From Myxococcota bacterium (GTDB lineage Bacteria; Myxococcota_A; Polyangia; Nannocystales; Nannocystaceae): a DNA stretch of 64,000 nucleotides. The position numbers were made by a program, and so were the translations under genes. Location of the stretch: the NCBI GenBank assembly GCA_039028615.1, contig JBCCHT010000039.1, positions 1 through 64,000 on the forward strand, given 5' to 3'. This document shows positions 9,009-18,542 of this stretch, one piece after another (position 1 is the stretch's first letter; each line of letters begins with the position of its first letter). The notes under the pieces were generated by a model. The model searched no databases. It saw only the letters and a program-made list of their open reading frames with translations, and was not told the DNA's origin.

Positions 9009-10108
9009 CGGCCTCCTCGGGGCGGGCGAGGGCCGGGTCGTCCCGGTCTCGGTCCACCGCCAGGCGGCTGACCCGGACGGCGTGGCGGAGCTCCTGCGCC
9101 CGGCCCTCGATCGATCACCGAAGGATGCGGCGTCCCGCGATAGCAGCGGGGGATCACCGGCCAGTCGCGGCTGAGGAAGTACGCGTAGCTGCCCTGCGGA
9201 AAGTCGGCGGTGACGATCGTCCGCCCATTGCACTCGTCGAGCTCGCCTTTGCCCGCCACGTAGCGATAGTCCGCCACGAAGGTACCGTCGTAGGTGCCCC
9301 CGGGGTGGCCCTCGCCCCCCGGCCGTTGCCCTTCGCGCAGCACATAGCTCGAGCCGTACTCCGTGGGAGGCGAGCTCGCGTCCTCGGGATCGCTGGGACC
9401 GTAGAGCGCATAGATCGGAAAGCCGTCCGCGGCCCACCCGATGACCGGGCTGACCTTGCCCTCGCGCACCCCGAGCTCGTCGAGCAGCTGCGTCGGCAGC
9501 CCGTGATAGTGGTACGCGCCCGTCGGCTGCACATGGGCGTGGTTCTCGTCGATGCCCAGCGGCACCGCTCCGCCGAGCGCCTCGTATTGCCACGTCGTGT
9601 TGCGATCACCCAGGTAGAACTCGGCCGCCCCGGGATCGAAGGGCACCCCGTTGATCGCAAAACCGAAGTTGTGGTTGCCCAGCGGGGTCGTCGACGACGC
9701 GAAGCTCGGCTTGGCCGGCACCTTCACCTCGTAGGACTGCTCTTCGATCGCATGCGGGTTGCCGCGATTGGGAAACGACCCCACGTGGTGGTTCGGCGCT
9801 CCGTTGCCTCGCAGCACCCGAAACTCCCCCTCGACCTCGATCTGAACCCGAGCGGGAAATCCCAGCGCCGAGTCGGCCGGGACCAACGACAACGCTCGCC
9901 GCTGGTTGGACTCGTGCGGCCGACGATTGCTCGCACCACGAGAGGCCGGCGTGGGATCGAAGGATTCCTCCGGGGCCTTCGCCTGCTCACCGACGGGCGT
10001 CGGCTTCGAGGTATCGGGGGCGGGGTGCGTCTCGCTGGACGAGCACGCGGCCGCCCCGACGACGGACCCAAAGACGACGAGGGACAGGGCAATTCGATCC
10101 CGAGCCAC
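9005..10108 (-). CDS. YHYH-domain lipoprotein
   Basis: GFAINGVPF, HVQPTGAYHYHG, GWAADGFPIY and LDECNG motifs; GTG start with lipobox AAAC; Pro/Gly/Arg tail. Confidence 0.9.
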   Translation of the reverse strand: MARDRIALSLVVFGSVVGAAACSSSETHPAPDTSKPTPVGEQAKAPEESFDPTPASRGASNRRPHESNQRRALSLVPADSALGFPARVQIEVEGEFRVLRGNGAPNHHVGSFPNRGNPHAIEEQSYEVKVPAKPSFASSTTPLGNHNFGFAINGVPFDPGAAEFYLGDRNTTWQYEALGGAVPLGIDENHAHVQPTGAYHYHGLPTQLLDELGVREGKVSPVIGWAADGFPIYALYGPSDPEDASSPPTEYGSSYVLREGQRPGGEGHPGGTYDGTFVADYRYVAGKGELDECNGRTIVTADFPQGSYAYFLSRDWPVIPRCYRGTPHPSVIDRGPGAGAPPRRPGQPPGGGPRPGRPGPRPPRGGR

Positions 10109-10314
10109 GTGCAGAGGATACGGACGTCCCCTGGCACTGGCCAGCTCGCTGTCTACAACACGCTCGAACGCGATCCCAGGCACGCCGGCGATAGAAAAGC
10201 TGAGCGAGAACAGCTCCGAGTTCCAAGTCGGCTCCAGGATTTTTTGACGGATCCTCTCGGCATCTCCACTACCACGGCAGCCTCGAAGAACAGAGGCAGA
10301 AAGCAGACGAAACC

Positions 10315-10707
10315 ATGGCCGAAGGATCAACCACATCGAACTCCGACTTCTTCACCTACGAGTGCCTTCCCGGACCTGCGATCGACGAAGGAACTGGTAC
10401 CAACGTAACGCTCAACTATCCGCCGTCCCCCGGCTCGAACTTCACGAACGCCAACAACAAGATCGTCGGGTTCGTTCGATACGACCTCGACACCGAGAAC
10501 AGCGCGAGCCTTCGACTCCAGTGGTACAACGGCACAGATCCGGGGAAGCCAGTCTTCCTCACCGACGCCGAGGTCGCGGTTACCCAGGGCACCGACTACT
10601 ACGATTGCGTGTTCGAGAAGCCTGATTCGGGGGATCCGGACTCGGTCTGGGAGCTAAAGACCGACAGCCCTGGATTCAAGCTTCAGGTCAAGGTGAAGCG
10701 AAAGTAG
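10315..10707 (+). CDS. Hypothetical protein (130 aa, beta-rich)
   Basis: Clean ATG ORF with protein-like composition, 7 bp upstream of the next gene. Confidence 0.65.
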   Translation: MAEGSTTSNSDFFTYECLPGPAIDEGTGTNVTLNYPPSPGSNFTNANNKIVGFVRYDLDTENSASLRLQWYNGTDPGKPVFLTDAEVAVTQGTDYYDCVFEKPDSGDPDSVWELKTDSPGFKLQVKVKRK

Positions 10708-10714
10708 GTCGGCC

Positions 10715-11818
10715 ATGAAACCGCTCCTGTCATCAGGGTCTATGATAGTTGTGCTCACCGCTCTCGCTCACGTCCAGGCCGCATGCTCCCCGTGCGCCCC
10801 TTGCGACGAAAACAGCACGAGGTCGCCCTCCCACCGCGAAGAGATCAACCAAGTCGAGTTTGACAGTGATCTCGAAGGGGATCCCCCGATCGTTGGCCAC
10901 GTGAAAGTGACCATCCCCGCGCAGCAGGAGCGTGTACTTGCTTCCATCGCGCTGCTCGACAGCAAGGCGATCGTTCAAAGCCCAGAACAGGTCGCAATCA
11001 AGAATGTACACAAGATCTCTGAAGTTCAATGGAGCGCGTGCGATCCCAAAGGACTACACCCTTTTCGATGGTGCCACGCGGAGCCGCTGTTCGACGGACC
11101 CCATTTGGATCTGAGAAGCGGTGTCGAGATCGCTTCGGGATACGTGCTCACCACGCTGCACGGACTCCAGAGGTTCGACAAGAAGACGAGTTTCGCGATG
11201 GTCCGTGGGTACCACGCAGACAAAACAAAGGTCTCAAAGGGCAACGAACTCACCATCGATGGAGCAGAAGTTCTTCATCCGAATCGAATCCACTGCATCC
11301 CCGGCCAAGACACCGTGCTCGTGGTCGCAGACGGAGCGCAGCCCAACCCGAAGGCCATCGCGGTTTCCGAGAAAGTCACCGCGCTGAAGAACAAGAAACT
11401 CAAGCGAGTCAAAGCGTACTCGGTTGCTTTTCCACTCGGGGTCCCCGCCCTCGTGGACCAGGATCCTTACGTCTCGAGTAACCCGGTACTCGACGGAGAC
11501 AAGAACGTCATTGGACACAAGGCCGCCATCGATGTCATGAACGGGAGCAGCGGTGGTGGTGTCTACGAACGTGCCACGGGGCACCTGCTGGGGCTCATCA
11601 GCGGGGCGGAAACCGTCGAACCCGCCGCGCGATCAACCGGCAACTCGGTGGTGAAGTCGAAATGTTGCTGGATCCCCAAGAACTCGAACAAGGTACCGCA
11701 GGGCAGGGTCCACCTCATCGACGAAGACCAACTGAAGACCCTCATCGAGTGCCGAGAGGAGAGTGGCTGCATTCGGGCGAACGAGAACAAGTGGCGTGCG
11801 TCCTGCTCCGCCTCCTGA
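10715..11818 (+). CDS. Trypsin-like serine protease, probable lipoprotein
   Basis: Catalytic-triad-like motifs VLTTLH, QDTVLV and NGSSGGGV; QAAC lipobox-like. Confidence 0.75.
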   Translation: MKPLLSSGSMIVVLTALAHVQAACSPCAPCDENSTRSPSHREEINQVEFDSDLEGDPPIVGHVKVTIPAQQERVLASIALLDSKAIVQSPEQVAIKNVHKISEVQWSACDPKGLHPFRWCHAEPLFDGPHLDLRSGVEIASGYVLTTLHGLQRFDKKTSFAMVRGYHADKTKVSKGNELTIDGAEVLHPNRIHCIPGQDTVLVVADGAQPNPKAIAVSEKVTALKNKKLKRVKAYSVAFPLGVPALVDQDPYVSSNPVLDGDKNVIGHKAAIDVMNGSSGGGVYERATGHLLGLISGAETVEPAARSTGNSVVKSKCCWIPKNSNKVPQGRVHLIDEDQLKTLIECREESGCIRANENKWRASCSAS

Positions 11819-11937
11819 CCGCGTCGAAAAAGCGCGGCCGCCACATCAACACCTGCGTCCTTGAACCGATCTGCTATCCTGTGTCCCAACTCAGCCTCGT
11901 GCTGAGTCCTTATTGCTTGGGATTAGCGGTTCAAACA

Positions 11938-12768
11938 ATGTTCAAAACGCTGTTGGTAGGCGGTATCGCGCTCATGGGCGTGGTGGTGGTGGGCTGTGAG
12001 GCCTCCGAGATTCCAGATATTCCGCTCGAGGACGCCGAGGTGGAGCTGCGCGCAGCGGTCTGCGATCGGGTGATCGAGTGCGGGTGTCGCGATGTCCAGT
12101 ACGCGAACATCGAGGAGTGCCACGAGGACGTCGATGAGCTGGTGACCGAGCTGTACGCCAACGTGGACACGCTCGAGTACAACCCGTCGTGCATGGGGTA
12201 CATCGTGCAGCGCTTCCTGGACCTGGGGTGCTCACCCGATGCAGACCGCCCGACCTTCAACGATCCTCCGTGTTGGCTGCTCAACGGGGACAAACAGGCC
12301 GGGGATTCCTGCAATCACATCCGCCAAGCGGCCACCGAGTGCGCTCCCGGGCTGTACTGCCGCGCGGGCATCTGCACCGACGTCGCGCTGATCGACACGC
12401 CACCGGTTCAGGCCGCACTGGGAGAGCCCTGCCCCGACCGATGGTGCGAGGGCGGGTCGTACTGCAACGCCAACTCGATATGTCAGCGACTCCCCACGGT
12501 GGGAGAGCCCTGCTGGAGCCGCGAGTGCTACAACGCGCGATGTGAGTCGGTCGAGGACGAGTGGGTCTGCGTCCCGCGGATCGCGGAGGGCGAGCAGTGC
12601 AGGGGCCATAGCCAGTGCGCCACGGGCTACTGCCCCGCCGGGTTCTGCCTGCCCCGGCCCAAGCTGGGCGAGGAGTGCTTCAACGTGTGCGTCGAGGGCC
12701 TGGTGTGCTCCGACAACGTTTGCGTCCCCCCCAACGGCGCCGTGTGTGAAGCCCGGCTCCCGCGGTGA
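11938..12768 (+). CDS. Cys-rich repeat lipoprotein (Dickkopf-like myxobacterial repeats)
   Basis: MFKTLLVGG...VVGC lipobox; repeated GEPC...C..G.YC units. Confidence 0.8.
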   Translation: MFKTLLVGGIALMGVVVVGCEASEIPDIPLEDAEVELRAAVCDRVIECGCRDVQYANIEECHEDVDELVTELYANVDTLEYNPSCMGYIVQRFLDLGCSPDADRPTFNDPPCWLLNGDKQAGDSCNHIRQAATECAPGLYCRAGICTDVALIDTPPVQAALGEPCPDRWCEGGSYCNANSICQRLPTVGEPCWSRECYNARCESVEDEWVCVPRIAEGEQCRGHSQCATGYCPAGFCLPRPKLGEECFNVCVEGLVCSDNVCVPPNGAVCEARLPR

Positions 12769-12825
12769 AGGCCCGTACGAGGTCCCCCGGGGGCGGAGTC
12801 CGCGGACCCGCGCTACGATGGCCCC

Positions 12826-13455
12826 GTGTCAGCTGCGGACGACGACCGTGCCCTCGTGCTCGCGTGGCGAGCGGGTGACAAGCGAGCGGGCGGCGAGATC
12901 ATCGACAAGTACCTCGCCCCGCTGCTGAGGTTCTTCCGCAACAAGGTCGGCAGCGTCGACGAGGCGGAAGAGCTGACGCAGCGCACCTTCACCGGGGCCA
13001 TCGAGGGCGTCGTCCGGTTTCGCGACGAGTCGACGGTGCGCACGTGGATGTTTGCGATCGCCCGCAACGTGCTGCGGCAGTGGGCCGAAGAGATGGCCCG
13101 CCAACGGGGCCGTAGCGGGTCGCTGGGCGATGCCTCGGTGGCCGATCTGGGGGCAGGCCCGAGCACGGCGATGGCCAAGCGTCGCGAGCAACGACTCATG
13201 CTCGAGGCGCTGCGAAAGCTGCCCATCGAGTCGCAGCTGGTGCTGGAGCTGTTCTACTGGGAGCAGCTCACGGCGCGGCAGATCGGCGAGGTCCTCGATT
13301 GCCCCGAGGGCACCGCCCGCAGCCGCCTTCGCAAGGCCAAGCTCGAGCTCCGGGGCACCCTCGACGAGCTGGCTCGCGATGCGGCCGAGCTCGAGAGCAC
13401 CGTGCACGGGCTGGAGACCTGGGCGCAGCAGCTGCGCGCCGACTGGGGGGCGTAG
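12826..13455 (+). CDS. ECF sigma-70 factor (kinase-associated type)
   Basis: Region 2 AEELTQRTF...VRTWMFAIARN; region 4 IGEVLDCPEGTARSRLRKA; C-terminal extension; adjacent kinase. Confidence 0.93.
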   Translation: MSAADDDRALVLAWRAGDKRAGGEIIDKYLAPLLRFFRNKVGSVDEAEELTQRTFTGAIEGVVRFRDESTVRTWMFAIARNVLRQWAEEMARQRGRSGSLGDASVADLGAGPSTAMAKRREQRLMLEALRKLPIESQLVLELFYWEQLTARQIGEVLDCPEGTARSRLRKAKLELRGTLDELARDAAELESTVHGLETWAQQLRADWGA

Positions 13456-13622
13456 CGGCGGATTGAACGACGTCTGTCGCATTTGTCGGCGTTTCTCTGA
13501 TCGAATTGCTCGGAGGCCGGACCACCGATGCGTTCGTGATGGACCGAACCGCATCCTCGACCAGCACGTCGCCAGGGCGTGACTGGTACGCTCCCTCCCC
13601 GGGCCGATCCCCGCGTGGCGGC

Positions 13623-16508
13623 ATGAAGGAGCGAGACACCGACGACGGGCCGACGCCGGCACCCCCGATGGTGTCGACGCTCGGGCATGCGGTGGCACGC
13701 CAGCGACTGCGGGCGGCACTGTTGGGCGAGACCATGCCCGCAGTACGGGTCGATCGCTTCGCTCTGCAGCGTGAGCTCGGCCGCGGAGGCATGGGCACGG
13801 TGTGGCTGGCCCGCGACGAGCAACTCGATCGCCAGGTCGCGCTGAAGTTCCTGCGGCGGACCTCCAGCGGCGACGAAGGCGAGCAGCGACTGCTCGCCGA
13901 AGCCCAGAGCCTCGCCCAGCTGTCTCACCCGAACGTGGTCCCCGTGTACGACGCGGGTCGGCACGAGGGTCGGGTATGGGTCGCCATGGAGTTCGTGCCC
14001 GGTCGGACCTTGCGGGAGTGGGGGCAGACCGAGCGCCCCAGCCCGCGGCAGCGTCTCGATGCATGGCTCGAGGCGGGACGAGGCCTCGCCGCGGTGCATG
14101 CCGCCGGCCTCGTCCATCGCGACATCAAGCCGGACAACGTGCTCCGCGGCGATGACGGGCGGGTGCGCATCATCGACTTCGGCTTGGTGCGGCGGCTGTC
14201 GGACACCGCTTCGAAAAGCCGCACGACCATGGAGCACGCGGACGACTCGGTCTCGGCTCCGGTATCGAGCTCCGAGCGGGCACAGACCCGCGAGGGCCAG
14301 TTCCTGGGCACCCCCGCCTATGCCCCGCCCGAGCAGCGCCGCGGGGAGACGGTCGATGCCCGCGCCGACCAGTTCTCGTTCGCGCTGTCGTTGTGGGAGT
14401 CGCTGACCGGCCAGCGACCGGACCGCGAAGGGCTCCCGTCGCGCGCCGGAGAGCTGATGCGAGGGGCTGGCGAGGAGCACCTGTCCAAGCGAGTGCACCG
14501 GGCCCTGTCGCGCGGCCTGTGCCGTGACCCCAGCCAGCGCTTCGAGACCATCGAGGCGCTCCTGCACGCCCTGACCCCACGGACGGGGCGCAAGGTCCTG
14601 GCCGCAGTGCTGGCCACGGGCACGGTGATGGGCGCGAGTGGACTCGCCGTGGGCCTCACCTCGGCCCCCGACGCCGCGCCGCCCCCGTGCGTCGCCACCG
14701 GGCAGCCCATGGACCAACGGTGGACCGGTACGCGACGAGGCTCGGTGTCGGACTTGCCCGGGGGCGCGGGAGCCCACGCCGTCACGGCGCTCGACGACTT
14801 CGCCGACCGGTGGCGAGACGCCGCCCGACAAAGCTGCGAAGAAGTGAAGGTCGAGCAGATCCGCTCTCCGCGGAGCCTGGATGTGCGTCGGCACTGCCTC
14901 GAGGGCCAGCTCGACCGCTTCGATACCCTGACCGAAACGCTCGCGAACGGGGGCAGCACCGCCCTCGGGCAGGTGGGCCCCGGCCTCGCCGCCCTCGAAG
15001 ACCCGGCGCAGTGCCTCGCTCCCGCCCTGCTCCAAGGCGCCGACGAACCGAGCGCGGTCGAGCACGCGGAGCCGCTCCGGGAGATCCGCCGAGAGTTGTT
15101 TTCCGTGCGCTTGGGACTCGACGAGCCCGCCCTCGCTGCGCGTCGGGATCGGGCCGCGGAGCTGATGGAGCGTGCTCGCATGCTCGGCCATCGCGGTACC
15201 GAGGCCAAGGCCGCTTCGCTGGCGGGATTCCTCGCCCTGCGGGACTCCGATGCCGATTCTGCTCGGGCTCACTACGGCGACACCCTCGACCTCGCCACGG
15301 GCCTGGGTGACGTGGCCCTGATGAGCGACGGATGGTTCGGGCTCGGCATCGTCGCCCTGGAGCTCGACCTCGATCTGGATCGAACCGACTGGGTTCACCA
15401 ACGGCAGGAGCGCCTGCTCGAACCGCTCGGGCACACGCCCAAGCTCGACGCTCGCCTGTGGCTGCAGCAAAGCCGCCTGCACTTCGTTCGTGGCGAGCTG
15501 GCCTCCGCGGAGGCCCTCGCTCGCAAGACGGTTGCCCGACTGGAGGAGGCCGGCCCCACCGCGACGTGGCTGCTGGCCAGCGCCCTGCGGCAGCTCGCCG
15601 ACATCCTGGTCGCCCGAGGCCAGCCCGAGCGGGCGTCTGCGCTGCAGCGGCGGGCCGGAGACCTCGAGCTCCACCGCCAGTCCGCGGACCAGGCCAGTGC
15701 TCGAGCGTCTCGGGCGGACGCGCTGCTGAGCGAGGGCATGACGCAGATGGCCGCTGGCGAGCTCGAGCAAGCCGTGGCCACGCTCGAGCGAGCGCTCGAC
15801 GAGCAGCGCGCCACCCATGGCCCGCGCGGGGCCGATGTCGCCGCGACGCACATCACCCTCGCCGCCGTCCACGATGCGCTCGGGGACGTGGACGCCAGCG
15901 AGCGTCATGCTCGGCAAGGAGACGCGCTGCTGCTCGATGCCCACGGCACGGTGCACCCCCAACGCGTGAACGCGCTGTCGGCCTTGGGCACCGTGGCCTT
16001 TCGTCGCTCCTCCTTCGCCGATGCGGCGCGCCAGTACGAGCGAGCGCTACGGGTGGCGGAGCTGCAGTCCGATACCGATCCGGTCGATCTGGCCACCCAT
16101 CGCGCCAACCTCGGAGAGGCGCTGTACCGCAACGGCGAACTGCCCCGCGCCCGGGTCATGCTCGAGCGCGGGGTGGAAGAGCTTCGAGCGGCGCTCGGCG
16201 AAGACGCACCCGAGCTCGCCATCCCCTCCAAGGCCCTGGGTGAGGTGCTGCTGAAGCAAGACGACGGCGCGGCCGCCCGGCAGCGGCTCGAGCACGCGCT
16301 GCGGTTGCTGGAGCGCTACGGCATCAGCGATGTCGAGCGAGCCGAGACCCGGTGGGCGCTCGCCCGGGCGCTTCGAGCCACCGAAGACCACGCGCTCGCC
16401 CGCACCGCGGCCGAGCGGGCCGCCGAAGAATTCGATGCGATGGGCCCGACATGGAAGGCCCGCAGTCGCGAGATCAGAGACTGGCTCACCAACGAACCCA
16501 AGGAGTAG
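13623..16508 (+). CDS. Ser/Thr protein kinase with TM segment and C-terminal TPR repeats
   Basis: GRGGMG, VALK, HRDIKPDN, DFG and GTPAYAPPE motifs; TM near 14600; TPR-like helices; start uncertain. Confidence 0.92.
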   Translation: MKERDTDDGPTPAPPMVSTLGHAVARQRLRAALLGETMPAVRVDRFALQRELGRGGMGTVWLARDEQLDRQVALKFLRRTSSGDEGEQRLLAEAQSLAQLSHPNVVPVYDAGRHEGRVWVAMEFVPGRTLREWGQTERPSPRQRLDAWLEAGRGLAAVHAAGLVHRDIKPDNVLRGDDGRVRIIDFGLVRRLSDTASKSRTTMEHADDSVSAPVSSSERAQTREGQFLGTPAYAPPEQRRGETVDARADQFSFALSLWESLTGQRPDREGLPSRAGELMRGAGEEHLSKRVHRALSRGLCRDPSQRFETIEALLHALTPRTGRKVLAAVLATGTVMGASGLAVGLTSAPDAAPPPCVATGQPMDQRWTGTRRGSVSDLPGGAGAHAVTALDDFADRWRDAARQSCEEVKVEQIRSPRSLDVRRHCLEGQLDRFDTLTETLANGGSTALGQVGPGLAALEDPAQCLAPALLQGADEPSAVEHAEPLREIRRELFSVRLGLDEPALAARRDRAAELMERARMLGHRGTEAKAASLAGFLALRDSDADSARAHYGDTLDLATGLGDVALMSDGWFGLGIVALELDLDLDRTDWVHQRQERLLEPLGHTPKLDARLWLQQSRLHFVRGELASAEALARKTVARLEEAGPTATWLLASALRQLADILVARGQPERASALQRRAGDLELHRQSADQASARASRADALLSEGMTQMAAGELEQAVATLERALDEQRATHGPRGADVAATHITLAAVHDALGDVDASERHARQGDALLLDAHGTVHPQRVNALSALGTVAFRRSSFADAARQYERALRVAELQSDTDPVDLATHRANLGEALYRNGELPRARVMLERGVEELRAALGEDAPELAIPSKALGEVLLKQDDGAAARQRLEHALRLLERYGISDVERAETRWALARALRATEDHALARTAAERAAEEFDAMGPTWKARSREIRDWLTNEPKE

Positions 16509-16513
16509 ACGAA

Positions 16514-17197
16514 ATGCCTCAGTGGCAGACCCCAGACAACACCCTCGGCACCAACATCGGTGTCATCAACGACGACGACGGCACCCTGGTCTTCGAGCGA
16601 GCGGGTACGCTGCCGACCGATCAATCCGGCAACGTGATCGCGGACAACGGGATCATCAACTGCACCAACAACACGGGGCAAAAGCTTCGCGTGACCCTTC
16701 AGTACACGATCGGCGGCGACACCTTCCAGTCCCCCGGCAGCCTCGCCCGCAATGGGCGTTCGACCTTTCTCGTGGTCGACCCCGGCAGCAACTCGCCGGC
16801 CCCGGTGACGGTCGAAATCTACGCGTGGTACGGCGATAGCTCCGGACAACCAACGGACTCCCTCGCGACGATCGACGTCGCCATGCCCGTCATCGGCCTC
16901 ACCGAGACCAACACGGTGGAGATCTGGGACTACGCGGGCACCCCACAGTCTCCGGTCGCGATCGCCGTCGCGGAGAGTTCCGGCTCCTATCCGCTGACCT
17001 TCGTCAATCGAACGAGCACGGACGTCAAGGTATGGGTCAACGGCGGCTCGATCAGCGACCCCATCGCTCCGGGCCAGATCCTCACCAACTTCGTGGACAT
17101 GGGTGAAGTCGGCCCGCAGTGGATCCTCGGATACGAAGAGAGTGACGACCCATCGATCGTGATCCGACGGCCACCCAACTACAAAACGGGCGGCTGA
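16514..17197 (+). CDS. Hypothetical beta-rich protein co-transcribed with the kinase
   Basis: AAGGAG RBS; ATG 5 bp after the kinase stop; 227 aa. Confidence 0.75.
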   Translation: MPQWQTPDNTLGTNIGVINDDDGTLVFERAGTLPTDQSGNVIADNGIINCTNNTGQKLRVTLQYTIGGDTFQSPGSLARNGRSTFLVVDPGSNSPAPVTVEIYAWYGDSSGQPTDSLATIDVAMPVIGLTETNTVEIWDYAGTPQSPVAIAVAESSGSYPLTFVNRTSTDVKVWVNGGSISDPIAPGQILTNFVDMGEVGPQWILGYEESDDPSIVIRRPPNYKTGG

Positions 17198-18048
17198 AGG
17201 TCGATCCACAGCGGAGTGTGGTCGCTCGCGTCCGTCTGTACCCGGCCGGCCTCGAGCACACGGGGCGCGAGCGCTTCATCGACGAACACGAAGTCGATGC
17301 GCTCGCCCTGACGGGTCGGGCCGGGATCCCAGCTAGAAAACAAGTCGACCAGCCCGGTCGACAGCACCGCCTGCACGCCCGGGGCCTCGTCCACGGCGTT
17401 GAAATCCCCCGCGACGACGATCGGGCCCGGGGGGTTCGGACCGAGAAAATCGCGGAGGTCCTCCAGGTTGCGGAGGTTGGCCTCTTCGAGGAAGTCGGCG
17501 TGCACATCGAGCAGGCGCAGCGGCTGCGAGCCCGCGCAGACGCGAACATCGAACACGATCCGCGGCTCGTCGGCGCCTTCGGAGTCCAGCGAGACCCGGC
17601 GGGCCGAGAAAAAGGGCAGCCGCGAGAGCACGGCGAGGCCGAAGTCTCCGCCGTCCCACTCCAGCGCAGCGGCGAAGCCGAAGTCCATGCCGAGCGCCTC
17701 GGCCAGCGCCCGGGGCTGATCGACGCCGTTGGTCCTTCGCGTCCCGACGTCGAGTTCTTGCAGCAGCAGCACATCGGCGTCGATCTGCTCGAGCTGGGCC
17801 TGCACCTGCGAAAGCGACGAGCGGCGCCCCGCGGAGATGTTCCACGAGGCCACGCGGATCGACTCGGGCGCCGGGCCCTCGGCGACACACGGCTGCAACG
17901 GGGGCAGGACCAAGAGCCGATCGTCGGAGGGTGCAGTGGACCCTCCCAGGCCCGGAGGTTCATCGGTGCACGCGGACGACGACAGCAGCAGGCTCAGGAC
18001 CAGCCCCCAGCGCGCAGACCCGCGGCCCCTCGAGCCGCCACCGCTCAC
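17179..18048 (-). CDS. Endonuclease/exonuclease/phosphatase (EEP) family lipoprotein
   Basis: SWNI, LLQELD, AGDFN, IDFVF and SDH motifs; GTGA overlap with the upstream gene. Confidence 0.9.
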   Translation of the reverse strand: MSGGGSRGRGSARWGLVLSLLLSSSACTDEPPGLGGSTAPSDDRLLVLPPLQPCVAEGPAPESIRVASWNISAGRRSSLSQVQAQLEQIDADVLLLQELDVGTRRTNGVDQPRALAEALGMDFGFAAALEWDGGDFGLAVLSRLPFFSARRVSLDSEGADEPRIVFDVRVCAGSQPLRLLDVHADFLEEANLRNLEDLRDFLGPNPPGPIVVAGDFNAVDEAPGVQAVLSTGLVDLFSSWDPGPTRQGERIDFVFVDEALAPRVLEAGRVQTDASDHTPLWIDLQPPVL

Positions 18049-18542
18049 ACACGCGTTTCGTCGGCCTCGTACCACTCCAGCAGGCTCCTGCGCCCCTCAT
18101 TGTCACGCGTCACCGTCTCGATGCGCAGCACCTTCACGCCTTCTTTCCACAGCACACAGCCCGAGGGCGTGCGCGCGTGGGCATTGGCTGCCTTCACCAT
18201 CTCGTGCGCCGCGGGACAAAAGCGCAGCGCATAGCCGGCCCGGGCCGCCCGCGTGATGCCCACGTCCCCCGCGGCCTTCCACGAAAGCTCGGCCACCCCG
18301 TGGAGCTCTTCGCCGACGGGCTCGAGGCGCTTGGCATCGATGGTCCAGCCAGGGTGCTCCTTGTTCAGTGCGTCACCTTCGACATAGTCCTCGACGATGG
18401 TGCGGTAGTCCCCCGGATCGGAGCCCTCGAGCGTCCAGCGAATGGTGGCGGTTCGTTGCTCGAGGTCGATCACGATCGATCGACCGGCGTGACCCGGGCA
18501 GGCGGTGAGCAGGAGCAAGCCTGCGATCAAGACTCGTTTCAT
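18045..18542 (-). CDS. Hypothetical lipoprotein
   Basis: MKRVLIAGLLLLTAC; TGATG overlap with the upstream gene. Confidence 0.75.
   Translation of the reverse strand: MKRVLIAGLLLLTACPGHAGRSIVIDLEQRTATIRWTLEGSDPGDYRTIVEDYVEGDALNKEHPGWTIDAKRLEPVGEELHGVAELSWKAAGDVGITRAARAGYALRFCPAAHEMVKAANAHARTPSGCVLWKEGVKVLRIETVTRDNEGRRSLLEWYEADETRV

Noticed and set aside
9009..9593. N-terminal extension of the sulfatase ORF
   Set aside because: It overlaps the YHYH gene in another frame; the lipoprotein signal and ATGA coupling put the start at 9008.
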